Below, piece after piece: positions 12,064 to 24,629 of a stretch of 64,000 nt of DNA. The position numbers and the translations under genes are program-made. Within the stretch, counting starts at the first letter, position 1, and every line of letters starts with the position of its first letter. Source of the DNA: the human T2T-CHM13v2.0 reference genome, Homo sapiens; NCBI RefSeq assembly GCF_009914755.1, contig NC_060927.1. One strand, 5' to 3'. The notes below the pieces were generated by a model. The model made no database searches. It saw only the letters and a program-made list of their open reading frames with translations, and was not told the origin of the DNA.

Positions 12064-15000
12064 ATATAGTAGCACCAACAAATAAAACATTTCAATAAAA
12101 GGGCCTAAGCAGGCAACAGGTTTTCTTCTTCCCTCCCTTCTTTTCTTCTTTGACTTCTTTCAAGTATTGTGTTTCTAGATCCACATAACATAATCAGTAC
12201 ATGTGCATGATATTATCAGATAGGGAATTATATCAACTTTGTGCAAGGGTTCCTAATTTGGGAACCATAGGTAGGCTCCAGGGAGCCCACCACCTTTCTG
12301 GATCAATTAGTAATTAGAGTTTTCACTTTTTTCCTGGGGCAAAGAAGTCCATTACTTCAACACCAGATTCTTGAGAGGATATATGACACACCTCTTCATT
12401 GACATTTTAAGAATTATTGCATAATGTCTTATATTTACAAGCTAAAATTGAAATACGTAGCTCTTTTTGAACTTTATTCAAGTATGGAGTCTACTAACAA
12501 CTAAGATAAAATGTTTGGTCGATCCTAAGGACATAACATGCTAACTATATACCACAAATGTGTTTTAGTGCTAAAAAATAAATTACATTATTTACATTTG
12601 TCATTGTAAAATATTGCTCAAAACATTTCTCTCTCCCTCCCTCTGTAACTCCCCTCTGAGAAAATGTGTGTGCTTCAGAATATTTCCTATATTGAGGAAT
12701 TTTAAAGATGAATAAATATTACCCCTAGATTGTAGTCTAATGAAGAGACCAGACTGATAATAAAACAAGCATTCAAAATGATTAACATGAGATAGGAATG
12801 TGGATATGATACTTTCCAGAGCTGGCTTCACTTGAACTCTCACTCAACAGGGAAGTATAATGACTAATTCTAGTCTTGGGAAACTTCATGAGTTCCCAAT
12901 GGTGCCTACCCCACTGTGTTACAGCATAGGATTAAGAACATTCTCCATAAGCTGCTTAGCACATAATTCTTAGGAACTGGTAATCAGCTCCTGTCTAATT
13001 TTAAGTACTGGCAATAGATTACATTTATTTAAAATGTTAAGGTAAAACCTTGAGTTTCTCAATTAAGTAATCATAGGCTCCAGGTCAAAGATAACTGACT
13101 CAACGACCGCATTTAGTGTTTCCATCTTCCCAAATCCCATTAATATGATAGAAAAAAATGTAAAATTAAAAATAAATATTAGCTTTAGAAACTGGAAGAC
13201 CATTAGCAGAACAAAAATTTAAGAAATGTATGGAAGATTTAAAGTAGATAAGCTCAAACAGAATGTAAAACCCCAAAGAGCTAAGAAATTGGCAATCTGC
13301 AGAGGTTAAGGAGAAAGTCAGTGCTTAAGATCTATAAAAATGTGTTAAAACTGAAAATATATATCTGTTGGCTTCAAGATACATAAAGTGCAAACCTCTA
13401 ATGAAAATAATACTTGCTTAAATATCCTCTAGATTTAAAAATGTAATAATAGTCCAGGTTATTATACATAGTATATATATAAATTCTATTACATTTGCTA
13501 ATGAAGTTAGATATTTTCACTTGGCAAGAATCCCTAAACATGATGATGATCACTGAGAAACCAAAGCCAACCATATTATGGCAGTTAGAATAGGCCAAAT
13601 AATTTTTTATTAATGCTTTTATGTTTTGTACTGTAAAATATTTATATTTATTGCTGATTTAGGGACCTTTTGATGTTTGATATTTCGGTTGGTGTCTCCA
13701 AATAAAGATTTGAAAATAGTAAAATTTCCCAATGGAACTTCAAGATAACACCACTGGTGCAGGCAGCAGGATTAGAAATCAAGTCGACCACTAGGATTAG
13801 GTAGAAACTTAATTAAGAAGGTGATTAGCTGAGAATGTCCAGCCAGACTAAAAATTTACGTACAGCCTGTTAATCAAAGTGTGAGTCCCCTAAGAGACTG
13901 ACAAAGCAGGTGAGAGGGCTGAAGGATGAAGCTTGGTGAAGCTCATCAGGGAGCATCTGGATCCATGTTTACAGAGGAGACTCATTCTCAGAGCACAAGT
14001 GTTCCACAGCAACCCCCTCCCCCTCCCAAAATAAGCCAACTGGGCTGAAGGTTCACTGCAACCTTATCTAATTAAGTACAAAGCTCTTCAAGAATGCTGA
14101 GTTAAGACCCTTCATCAACTGCTTTGGTCAAAGCATATATTAACAAACTGACCAAATGTTTGAGGAAAATCATTGGCAGGACAGATTGCAAAAACAAGAA
14201 GCAACCCCAAGAAATACAGATACGTCAGGAATGGGAAGAAATCTTTGAGGAAAATAAATGTATAATTTATATATTCAAAGAGTTTCAAGATGCTATCATA
14301 TGACTAAATATAGAAGGTTTTAATATTTACAACAAAAAACCAAAAAGTCCCATAGTTCTTGGAAATTAAAAGCATGGCTGCTACCTTTTTTTTTAAAGGG
14401 GGAAGGAAGAAAAGGAAATGCAGTAGAAGTAAGAAATTGCCCAATGGCAAAAGACTGAATCAGTGTATGGGAAGTTTAAGGCAAAGGAAGGCATTCCTCC
14501 AGATCACAGGATGCAGAGTATTAATACATCCATGCTCCCTCACCTGCCTAGACAGTGAAATCTCGAAAGATAACAATCCTACAAGATGCCAGAGAAAAGA
14601 AAGAAGATAACTCTGAAGAGCAGAAACCAATCTCATTTGTAACATGGAATGCTCATCAAACAAAACACAAACTACCAATGCAACAGTATGTAAAATGGGC
14701 TATGTTAAGAAAGTTTGAACCCCAAACCCACATCCACCTACCCCCAAAATGCAGACATTTTTATACATAAAAGTCTCAGAAATATATACTCAGAAAAATT
14801 ACCACCATGAAAATTTTAAAACAAAATATGATAATATGTGCAAGCAAATTGAATAATGAATTGAAAGAAAAATAAAGACTTGATATACAAGAAATAAGAA
14901 AGTGCAAACCGCTAAGAATTGTGATTAAATATATTAATAATGAAATTTCTATGTAAATATTGACAAAATCAAAATGCACAATACAATAAATACTAAAAAT

Positions 15001-16329
15001 GGCTGACCAAAAGTAATTCTTTGTAAACTAATTTTGTACAAAATATTTAAAAATTCTGAAAGTAAAGATCATTTACAAATTAACGTGGAAATTGATTACA
15101 GTTTAAGGCAGCTCTTACAGATATTTGAGGAGTGAATTAGAGGCAGAAGAAAGAAATTTCATTCATCATACATGTCTTTGTTGTTTGAATGTTCACAACA
15201 AGCATATATCACTGTGTAATTTCTTTTTTTTTAAATTATACACAGCTGTGGCCATAGGATGGGACTCCCACATTTATTATTTACCTAAGCAAATAATTAA
15301 TAGAATAAGATACTAAAGAATTATTTCCCTGCCAATTACAGAATTCAGTTTAAAGCAAACCAGCTTACTGTCAAGCATTAAACATGATGTCAGCTGATGC
15401 GTTTTATAGCAGCACTTTATCAATTTATAATGCCTTAATTAGCATATAAATACTGATAACAGCTAAATAGATTGCAAACATGCGCATTGCACTATGATTT
15501 TCAGTTGTCTATGCACCATAATGCATCATACAGAGATATAAACCCTCTCATATCATGAACACCTAAGTCAACTTGAAAGAAAATATCTACGCTTTTCACA
15601 CCTTTCAGCAGATTATCTCCTTCCTTGCCACCATCCTTGGGCAGCCCCACAGCTCACTGTCATTCATTTCCAACATTCTGCTTCATCAGTTTAGCACCTG
15701 GTGACTCTCAATCCCATTTCTGTCCATTCATCTAGTCTGGCACCCTTGTACCCACATCTCTCAGTTTGGAAATTTCAGCTGTGAATTCTCATGTGTGAGT
15801 GAACACAAACATCATCATTTCTTGTTTGTTTCTAACAACAATGGCTTTATTACGGAAGCCATCTGGCTCCTGGTCTTTGGTTTTTCTCTTGTTTTTACTA
15901 CCATAGTATGTTCTTTCAGCATTACCTCTTCTAATTGCTCTCCATCTCCTGGCTTTCCTAGGAAGACTGGCTTGGATTCATGCTTATGCTTTTGATGTTT
16001 GAACCACTATGCCAAAGTTCTAGAGGAGCAGCCCAGGGCTGCATCTGCAAGATGGCACCTTGGACTGTTGTGCCCACGTTCCTGAAAAAAAGACATCTTT
16101 TTTCTGTGGAGCATTCTGTGGGAGCATATGATTTTTATCCTTTTGGGTACAAACCAAAAGAGTAAGGGAGAGTTTCTCCTATTGTTAAGAAGCATTTTTG
16201 TGCAGGTCATCAGTGAATCAACATAAATTTGAGAGTTTACTTATTCATATTTGCAGCACTTGCTACTTGTTAGAGTGCTCATAGATTTTCAATTTAGTCT
16301 ATAAAACAGTTCTTCTAATTTTTCTAGAT

Positions 16330-16545
16330 CAGAGTTTCCCAACCAGCAGTGATTTTTCTTCTAGGGGACATTTCACAATGTCTGGAGATGTTTTTGCTGT
16401 CACAGCAAGGAGATGCCACTAGCATTTGGTGGGTAGAGGGTAGGTATGCGTCCAAACTTTCTATAACACATAGGACAGCTCCTCTACCCTCAGCAAAGAT
16501 TTACCTAGCTCACAATGGCATTAGTGCTGAGGCTGCGAAACCTTG
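16330..16545 (+). mobile_element. MER20 (hAT-Charlie MITE)
   Basis: ggggacatttcacaatgtctggagatgttttt...gggtagagg...agtgctgaggctgcgaaaccttg; flanks ttctagat/acccagat fit the NTCTAGAN target. Confidence 0.85.
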
Positions 16546-16599
16546 ACCCAGATGCTATACTTAGCATTCTATGTACTTAGTATCCCACGATGACAGGCA

Positions 16600-16986
16600 A
16601 ATTGTGCAGACCAAGGTAAACAACTATTTCTATTTATCCTTTCCTTGCTGTCACTTCACTGTCTCTTTGAGATTAGGTATGACTATCTGATTTTCTTTTG
16701 TCACTGAATACAAAAGAGTGAGAAAATTCAAAGGGGAGAGTATTTCAGAACGGGCATGTGATTCTCTGAATCACATCTTCTCATTTTCCTTCCTGCCTAG
16801 AACAAAAGTTTGTGTTTCAAAAATTTTAGGGGCTTTCTTAGCTCACAGTGGCCTGAGGAGAGTAGCCCCGGAGAGTCATCTGGACTTCCAATTTACTTTG
16901 CAGAAGTCAGCAATAGTCCTCTGCTGTGTTAAAGCACTGAAGTTTTGGGGGTTGTTTCTGCAGCATAACCTAGTCTATCCTGACAT
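16600..16986 (+). mobile_element. MLT1J/K-like MaLR LTR
   Basis: Terminal ctgctgtgttaaagcactgaagttttggggg..gcagcataacctagtctatcctgac. Confidence 0.55.
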
Positions 16987-17069
16987 CCATCCTTACAGTT
17001 CAAGCTCCTAGCCTGCCTCTATAAGTGGCAAATTGTAAAACGCTAAGATCTAATAAAAGTTTATTGAAT

Positions 17070-17115
17070 TTATCTATCAATCTATCTATCTATCCTGTCC
17101 ATCCATCCATCGGAC

Positions 17116-17149
<34 letters not shown>
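17070..17149. repeat. Compound microsatellite (TATC)n(CATC)n(CA)n
   Basis: Read directly. Confidence 0.9.
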
Positions 17150-17379
17150 TTTCTCATTTAATTTAAAATGGCTTAATTGGAATAATAGTTTCTAATTTTT
17201 TAATGTGCAGTAGTCACTCTTTAAATTTTTCAAATGTTATGTTATAAACATAAAAAGAGTATTAGACACCAGTGTATCTGCCAGTCAGATTTTATATAGG
17301 TTAACATTTTGTTATATATTTTTATGGTTATGAGAGCCTTAAATAATATATTAAAATTAAAACCCATTTCTCTTCTCTC

Positions 17380-18800
17380 AATTTTTGCTTTAGATATTTT
17401 TAGGCTATGTTGTGAAGTGTACATCTGGTTAACATCACATACAGACATAGTGAATTTTTCATATAAAATAACTCCATTCTGAGTAATATTTCTCAAATAA
17501 GATTTTATTTTATATTAGCAATGCTATACCACTGTTCTTTCGGTTCGTAGATCTCTGGCATATCTCTTTTCAGCTCTGTCAAATTTTTGTGTGTTGTCTT
17601 TCAGCTGTATCTCTTGTAAAGAAATCAAAGCTCTATTATTTTTTGTTTCTTATTCTGTCAATAATCTCTGTATTATAACTAGAAAATTAGCTTTTATATT
17701 TATTCTGAGTTAGATTTATGTCTACCATATTGTTTTGTGTCTTCATTGCTTCCTTCCTTATTCTCTTTTATCAATTTTTATTATCCATTTTTTCCTTACT
17801 GGGTTTCAATAAATAAATGTATTCATCATTTTATAATGCTTTAACAATTAAATTGAATTGTAAAGTGGTTCACTTGGCAGCAATGTCCTAAATTTATAAC
17901 ATATTTCTCCTACCATTTTCATTTTTATGGTTTTCTAGAAATTCTAGCACACCTTGTTTCTAACAATCTGCCCAAATTATTTTATATTTTAAGCTGTCTA
18001 TACATATTTGGATCTATTAATATGTTTACATACGTATTTCATCTGAATTACTCCTTGTATTCAACTTGTTTTTTGCCTATTCAATTTATTTTTCACTGAA
18101 ATATAACTTTGATATTTCTTACAGTGAAGTTCTATGTATAGAAAAGTTAATCTTAAAATATCTTCATATTCACTTAATATTGAATGATATTTAACTGGAT
18201 ATAGAACTCTACTATTTTTTTCCCAATAGCACTTTGAAAATAATAATTAATTATTTTCTGGCTTGATAAGAATTGGACTGTCAGTCAAGTTAATTTCTAT
18301 TCATAAGTAAACCATTTTTATTGTTTAAAAAATATTCTCTGTGTTTTAATTTTTAAAGATGCGCAGTATCAATTTCTCTAGTTAGAAATAAATATGACTG
18401 TCTAAGAGGGATATGTGTTTTTTTTTAAGAATTTTTCGAAAATAACTTGTCATTTAAAAAATTATATTCTTTATTCTATTTCACTGTGGATACTCTGTTA
18501 ACATATAGATTGTACATTATCATTCTCAACTCCATTTCTATTAACTTGCCTTTTATATTTATCTTGCTTTACATCTTTGTAACTTTTCCTGGTAATTTTT
18601 TCACATGTACCTTCAAAGATATTAATATTGTCTTCAAAGCTTTCAAATACACAGTTCAGCTTACCTGACTTTTAACCAATTTTTTATACAAATAACTTTT
18701 TGTTAGTTCCTAATTCTCTGATTTTGTTTCATTACATCTTCCATTATATGCTCTGCTTCTTCTCTATGACTTTAATTAATTTTTTAAAATTATTACTTAG
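17380..18800 (-). mobile_element. Ancient L1M (endonuclease start and ORF1 region)
   Basis: Antisense EN motif tattagcaatgctataccactgttctttcggtt...tggcatatctctttt; ORF1-like ggatatagaactcta..agcactttgaaaat. Confidence 0.6.
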
Positions 18801-19210
18801 GGTTTGAGAGTATTTTATTACACCCAGGTTCAAGTATAAATCCTCCTCTTTGTTATGTTGACCTTCTCTTTCTCATAATGGCCTATTTACACTTGTGGAT
18901 TGTTTTTAGCTTGGGTTATATTTTACCAAAGATTCCTATGTACATTGGGTTGTGAAAGTAACCCTACAAAGTCATTTCACCTGTGCTTTAGCAGATTGAT
19001 CCAGCTATTTCACAGAAATGGGTGGAGTTTAATTGCTAATTTTTGAGTTTAGATTCCCAATGCATAGGCTGTGTAAGTTTGGCCTCTAGGCCTACGGAGT
19101 ACAGGATTGAACGTGCAATTCCTACTCCTTTCCGTCTCTACCCACAAACACCTAAAGCATTGCTATATTACTTCTTTACCACTTCCCAGTTTCATGGATA
19201 GAGTTATTTA

Positions 19211-19212
<2 letters not shown>

Positions 19213-19247
<35 letters not shown>
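19213..19247. repeat. Long poly(T) tract (~35 nt)
   Basis: Read directly. Confidence 0.95.
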
Positions 19248-19250
<3 letters not shown>

Positions 19251-19920
19251 AAGGAGGCTATCCCTGTAGGGTTCTGGCTTGCTTCAAGAGCCTTTATTCC
19301 TATATCCTGTCTCCTATACAGGGATCTATAATAAACCCAGATCTGTAATCTGTGCCAATCTGTAATATTAGCATAGGGCCAATATATGACCTGAGATCCT
19401 GCAGAGAAAGGCATTCTCACCTTATTTCTAGAATGTGAGAATTTCTTTAAGCTCAAATATGTATTCTTTTAAAATTATTGTTATACTTTCATGTATTTTT
19501 ATCTCTATAAGCAGATGTGGGAAATTTCACTGTAATTCATTCACATAGATTTCAGGACAGACCATCAGTTATGTCAAGGTTACTTTTAATGTCAAGATAT
19601 GTCTAACCCATCTCATATAGTAATTGTTAAATTTCTAAAATTTATGAATTCAGTAAAGATACTAATTGAATTTGTGGTTTATTAATCATAACCTCTATAT
19701 GCATGAAAAATATAAGCACATATATATACACAAATGATGATCAGACTAATTTAAAAAATCCTTTTATTTGTGTCTGAATTCCTATTTTCATTGCAATAAT
19801 CAAAGATTTCTTAGGTGTCTAATACCAACATGTTGAATACCAGGATTCCAAATATCCCCCAAAGTTCTGGTTAACCATTTTGGAGACTCTACATTTATGC
19901 TTAGATGTATGCCCTCTATG

Positions 19921-20045
19921 CAGGAACAGCTACATTAATCTATGCTGCGGGAACTGGGGAAAAATAAAAATGTGGGGCCCTTATTTGAAAATTATTGAGA
20001 ACCTTGAGAGAGTGATAGAGCATTAAACCAAGCACAGGGTCCTCT
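19921..20045 (-). mobile_element. MER45A (hAT MITE), partial
   Basis: caggaacagctacat...aaaatgtggggcccttatttgaaaattatt...agagcattaaaccaagcac matches the reverse complement of MER45A. Confidence 0.75.
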
Positions 20046-20660
20046 ATGTATAAAGTCTCTAAGATTCAGTATACCTAGTTCACTTATTTATTTAAAGTCT
20101 TTTTATGAATTTTCTATGTCCCAAATGCTGTGGTAGATAATGAAAAAAACAAGATAACTTCGTGTAATAAAATGACTGCATAAATGCTTTGTTTTAATAA
20201 TTAAATTAATATTATTAACTTTATTTTTAAACAAAATTCATACAATTAAAAAATGTAAAACAAATATTTTGGTTAAAAAGAATCCTTCATTAGTATATGG
20301 ACGCTCAGAAAATTCTGGATACTATTGTAACAATTCTATGACTTGTCATGCAATACATGACAAGGAATTCTTAAAGTGGTGTGGGGTACAGAATAATGAC
20401 TGGGAGTTATAAACATAACAAGAATAGGAGCCAGCAAGGTCTCTACAGAAAGGACACCCAGGCAGGAGTGGAAATGCTGCATGTATAGATTTCAAGTATG
20501 TTGGTGAAAGCTTTTTTTTCTTTTCCTATTATTTTTAAATTTTTTCTTTAGTTGAACCACATGGGGAACATAAGACAAGATAAGTTCTGTGCTCCAGCAG
20601 TTTCATCAGTAAGAAGAGCTGGGACCTAAACATAGATAAGGCTCTAAACACAGCAGTTAG

Positions 20661-21444
20661 CATTTTCAAAAGAAGACATAAAAACGGCCAACAGGTATAT
20701 GAAAAAAATGTACATCACCAATCACCAGATAAATGCAAATTAAACCACAATGAGATACCATATTATGCCCATCAGTAAGGCTATTATTAAAAAGTCAAGA
20801 AATAACAGATATTGGTGAGGATGCCAAGAAAAGAGAACTCTTATAGACTGTTGGTTAGAATGCAAATTAGTATAGCCTCTATGAAAAGCAGTATGGAGAT
20901 TTCTCCAAGAACTTAATATAGAACTACCATTTAATCCAGCAATCCCACTACTGGGTATCTACTGAAAGGAAAATAATCATTATATCAAAAAGATACATGC
21001 ACTCATATGTTTATCACAGCACTAGTCACAACAGCAAAGATATGGAATCAATCTAAGTGTCCATGAACAGGTCATTAGATAAGGAAAATATGGCATATAT
21101 ACACAAGGGAATACTATTAATCCATAAAAAAGATGAAATTATGTCTTTTGCAGCAATATGGATGGAACAGGAGGCCATTATCTTAGGTGAAATAAGTCAG
21201 ACAAATATTTCAAGTTCTCATTCATAAGTGGGAGCTAAAAATGTATACCCATGGACATAGAGAGTGAAATGATAGGCAGAGACGCAAGAGTGAGGGGGAT
21301 GGGGTTAGATGAGAAACTACTTAATGGGTACAAGTATATTATTTAGGTGATAGATACTCTAAAAGCCCTGACTTGCCACTACACAATCGATACATGAAAC
21401 AAAATAGTACTTGTACCTGAAAACTTTATGCAAAGAAAAAAAAA
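20661..21444 (+). mobile_element. 5'-truncated L1PB-type 3' end
   Basis: ttcaaaagaagacata...aaaccacaatgagatacca...aaaagccctgacttgccactacacaa...A tail. Confidence 0.85.
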
Positions 21445-21639
21445 GACTCAACATGTGAAGCATCCAGTGTCATACTAAATGTTGATACTTCAAACCTCAA
21501 AGCTTGTGGGGGAGTCAGTGTCAGCAAAAAGAAATGTTAGAAATCCACAACACAAATAGGCTTTCAGGCATTAGAAGGATAGAAACAAAGAATAGTGACC
21601 CTAAAATAGAAACAATATTATTACTAGAGTCACAATATC

Positions 21640-21830
21640 TTAGGTTCAGAGTCAAACTGACCTAGGTTTTGAATCCTGACTCCACCGCTAACTATATTTA
21701 TGCCTTTGAGTAAGTTGCTTTAATTCGCTCAGCCTCAGTTTTCTTATATACTTTTGTGAGGACTGAGTGAGATAACACAGGTAGTGTTTAGCTCCATGCC
21801 AAGTCTATAACAAATACTCAATACAAGTTG
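21640..21830 (+). mobile_element. MIR
   Basis: gaatcctgactccacc..gagtaagttgc..gcctcagttttc. Confidence 0.65.
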
Positions 21831-21984
21831 AAGCAGAAAAAATTTTTTTGAGAAGCTCAAATCAACTAGGGGTACTTAAAATGATGAAAACTGGCTTAGG
21901 AATGAGGAAAGCCTGGTTCTTTCCAAGCATTTCCACTAACTTAGTGTTTTGAAAACTTGTCTATATCTTGGAATGTTTTGGGGA

Positions 21985-22118
21985 GCTTCAGGAATTACTG
22001 ATGCTTTGTCCCACTCCCTGGGATTATGATTTAATTAGTCTAGGATGCGGCCTGCACTTGGAATGTTTAGAATAATTCCCAGGTGATTCTAATGTGCAGA
22101 CAAGTTTGACGGCCTCTG
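21985..22118. mobile_element. MER5-family hAT MITE fragment
   Basis: tgatttaattagtctaggatgcggcctg...cccaggtgattctaatgtgcag. Confidence 0.7.
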
Positions 22119-22199
22119 TTCTCACTTGTTCTGGAAAACTAACTCACTCAACTTCCATTTCCCCATCCATGCCAGGGCACAGAGGATTACAGAATAAAG

Positions 22200-22452
22200 G
22201 CTACGTGGTTAACAGCACTGAATTTGAAGCCAGAACTAATTGAGTGTGAGTAAAATTGTAGTAACTGATGAGTTCAGATTGTTAGGAAACTTAATTTCTC
22301 TGTATTTCAGTTTTCTTAACCATAAATACATCACCTAGAATTATAAATCTCAGAAGGTTACTGTAAAAACTAAATGAGACAACTTATACAAAGTATATAA
22401 AATTAAGTTAACTGGCACATGGTTAAGCTTCAAAGGAATGTTAGCTATTATC
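22200..22452 (+). mobile_element. MIR
   Basis: gtggttaacagcac..cttaatttctctgtatttcagttttc..gttagctattatc. Confidence 0.6.
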
Positions 22453-24108
22453 ATGTTAACAGTTTTAATTCATAAGTTTATCGTACATTAATTACTGAAT
22501 TAATGTATTGTACTTAAATTTCCACATCAATTTCTTAATTTCAACATGATTTTGAATGCTGAAAAGATCAGCTCTAATCTTTCAACTTGGAGTTATTCTA
22601 TGAAATTTCTACTCTCAGCTCCTCAAAATTTCAGAGAAAATGAACAGCATCAAGAAATAACATACCACTCTATGATCCTAGTTCAACTGTTTGTACTTAT
22701 AGCAAATATACCCCAAAGGAAATCAAGAAAAAAGAAATGATTTATCATAAATTCCTGTTTGGCAAATGAACAGCATGTCCACTGTGATAGCATATTCCGG
22801 ATCCTACCAGAAATCTATCGTCCCAGAAAAGAGTCATATATGTCTTAAGCAAACTCAACATTGTATATTATGTATTACTTTTTTCTTCAAAGAACGAACA
22901 AGGAATAGAGACCAGAAATTGAGATGGAAAAAAATTCAAGAACATATAACATTTAAAAATATATGGAGAAATAGTACTGTTCTTTCAAATAACATATGCA
23001 AAATAGTTACCAGGAAGGCAAAACGAATATTTTTAAAAGAATTAAGTCCACTTTGGCTTGTTTCTTTGTATACTTATTTAGCACGGAAGGCAAATATGGT
23101 TGGCCCTGTGGGGATCAGGGAAGAGGCAAAGTCCTGAAAATAAAAATTGGGAGTCTAAAGAAGGCAAATAAACAGAACACAAAATAAAAGTACACAGTTC
23201 TCTGTTCCTTAAAAATAATGTGTATTCCAGGCTGCTCTTCGCAAGTGTTTCCTCCCTCACTGAGGTCTTTTCTTATTTTTATCCCCCTTACCCATGTCTT
23301 ATGGAGGGCACAGAATCACAAGCCTTCCAAATGATATGGCTGAATTGAAGTAATGATGGTAGAAGGAGCAGTCAAATGAGATTGCAAGGGATTAAAACAA
23401 AAGTGAGAATGAGAGGAAGCAGAGTGGCAACTGAGTCTGGGCAGGAATCACCTCAACTCACATTTATGCTTGGTGCCACCAATTAGCTCAGTCTATTTAG
23501 AGTCCATATGCTTTAAACTCAAAGATCAGGACTGAGTAAACATGCTCATAATATTATTATCATGCACATATCATGTTTATATTAACATTTGAAAACCCAG
23601 CGGCATAGACCACTAAAAAGGATCACACTGAGAAACTAAATCTGATTTCTTCTTTCAAATTAAAGTTTTACATCAAAACCCATCTTTGCTGAGAATAAAA
23701 TGGAGTCATTGTTACAATGCTTCTTCCCTCTGCACATTTAGATAAATTACAAAGCTGCTTCTGGCTGAGATCAAATGGAGAGAATTTAATCAAAACAAAC
23801 AAAAAGATATTTTAAATATGAGTTAGCAGCAAAGCAATGCTTTTTTTTTTATCAAACTGATGATTCACTAAATCTCAATAGAAATTATTTTATTCTATTA
23901 TGGATTCTAATATACAGCAGGTCAAGTCATGTAGATCCTATATTGCTAAAAGGTGCACTTTATTATAGTCAAAGGCCAAAAGCAAGAACTTGGAAGAGTG
24001 CCCTGTACCTGGTACAGGGCTGTAGGATGAGGCAATGATGTTAGGTTCATTAAAGGACTCCCTGTATTAGTTCGTTTTCATACTGCTCTAAAGAATACCT
24101 GAGACTGG

Positions 24109-24567
24109 GGTTAACACTGAGTGTCAACTTGATTGGATTGAAGGATACAAAGTATTGATCCCCTGGGTATGTCTGTGAGGATGTTGCCAAAGGAGATTAA
24201 CATTTGAGTAAGTGGACTGGGAAAGGCAGACCCACCCTTAATCTGGTGGGCACAACCTAATCAGCTGCCAGTGAATATAAAGCAGGCAGAAAAAAACATG
24301 AAGGAGCCAGACGGGCCTAGTCTCCCAGTCTATATCTTTCTCCCATTCTGGATGCTTCCTGCCCTAGAACATCAGACTCTAAGTTCTTCAGTTTGGGCAC
24401 TTGGACTGGCTCTCCTTGCTCCTCAACTTGCAGATAGCCCATTGTGGGATCTTGAGATCGTGTAAGTTAATACTTAATAAACTCCCCTATATATGTGTGC
24501 GTGTGTGTGTATGATAGGATACCTATATATCCTATTCGTTCTGTCCCTCTGAGAGAACCCTAATACA
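24109..24567 (+). mobile_element. MLT2A2 5' LTR of HERV-L
   Basis: ggttaacactgagtgtcaacttgattggattgaagg...aataaactc...ccctaataca; direct repeat of 30049-30534. Confidence 0.9.
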
Positions 24568-24572
24568 GATTT

Positions 24573-24587
24573 TGGTCCCAGGAGTGG
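24573..24587 (+). promoter_or_regulatory. HERV-L primer binding site (tRNA-Leu)
   Basis: tggtcccaggagtgg just after the LTR; one mismatch to the usual tggtaccaggagtgg. Confidence 0.75.
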
Positions 24588-24629
24588 TTCTAGAATATTA
24601 AGGATGGAGTTATTTCCTTGGTTTTGGGG

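Noticed and set aside
13070-15220. Possible very old L1 fragments
   Set aside because: Some L1-like texture, but too degenerate to bound or name by eye.
15816-16005. Minus-strand open frame (KHESKPVFLGKPGDGEQLEE...) as a coding exon
   Set aside because: About 60 codons bounded by stops, no recognised homology, no convincing splice sites.
22766-23137. 123-aa ORF in non-repeat DNA
   Set aside because: No recognisable domain; composition reflects AT-rich DNA; no supporting exon structure.
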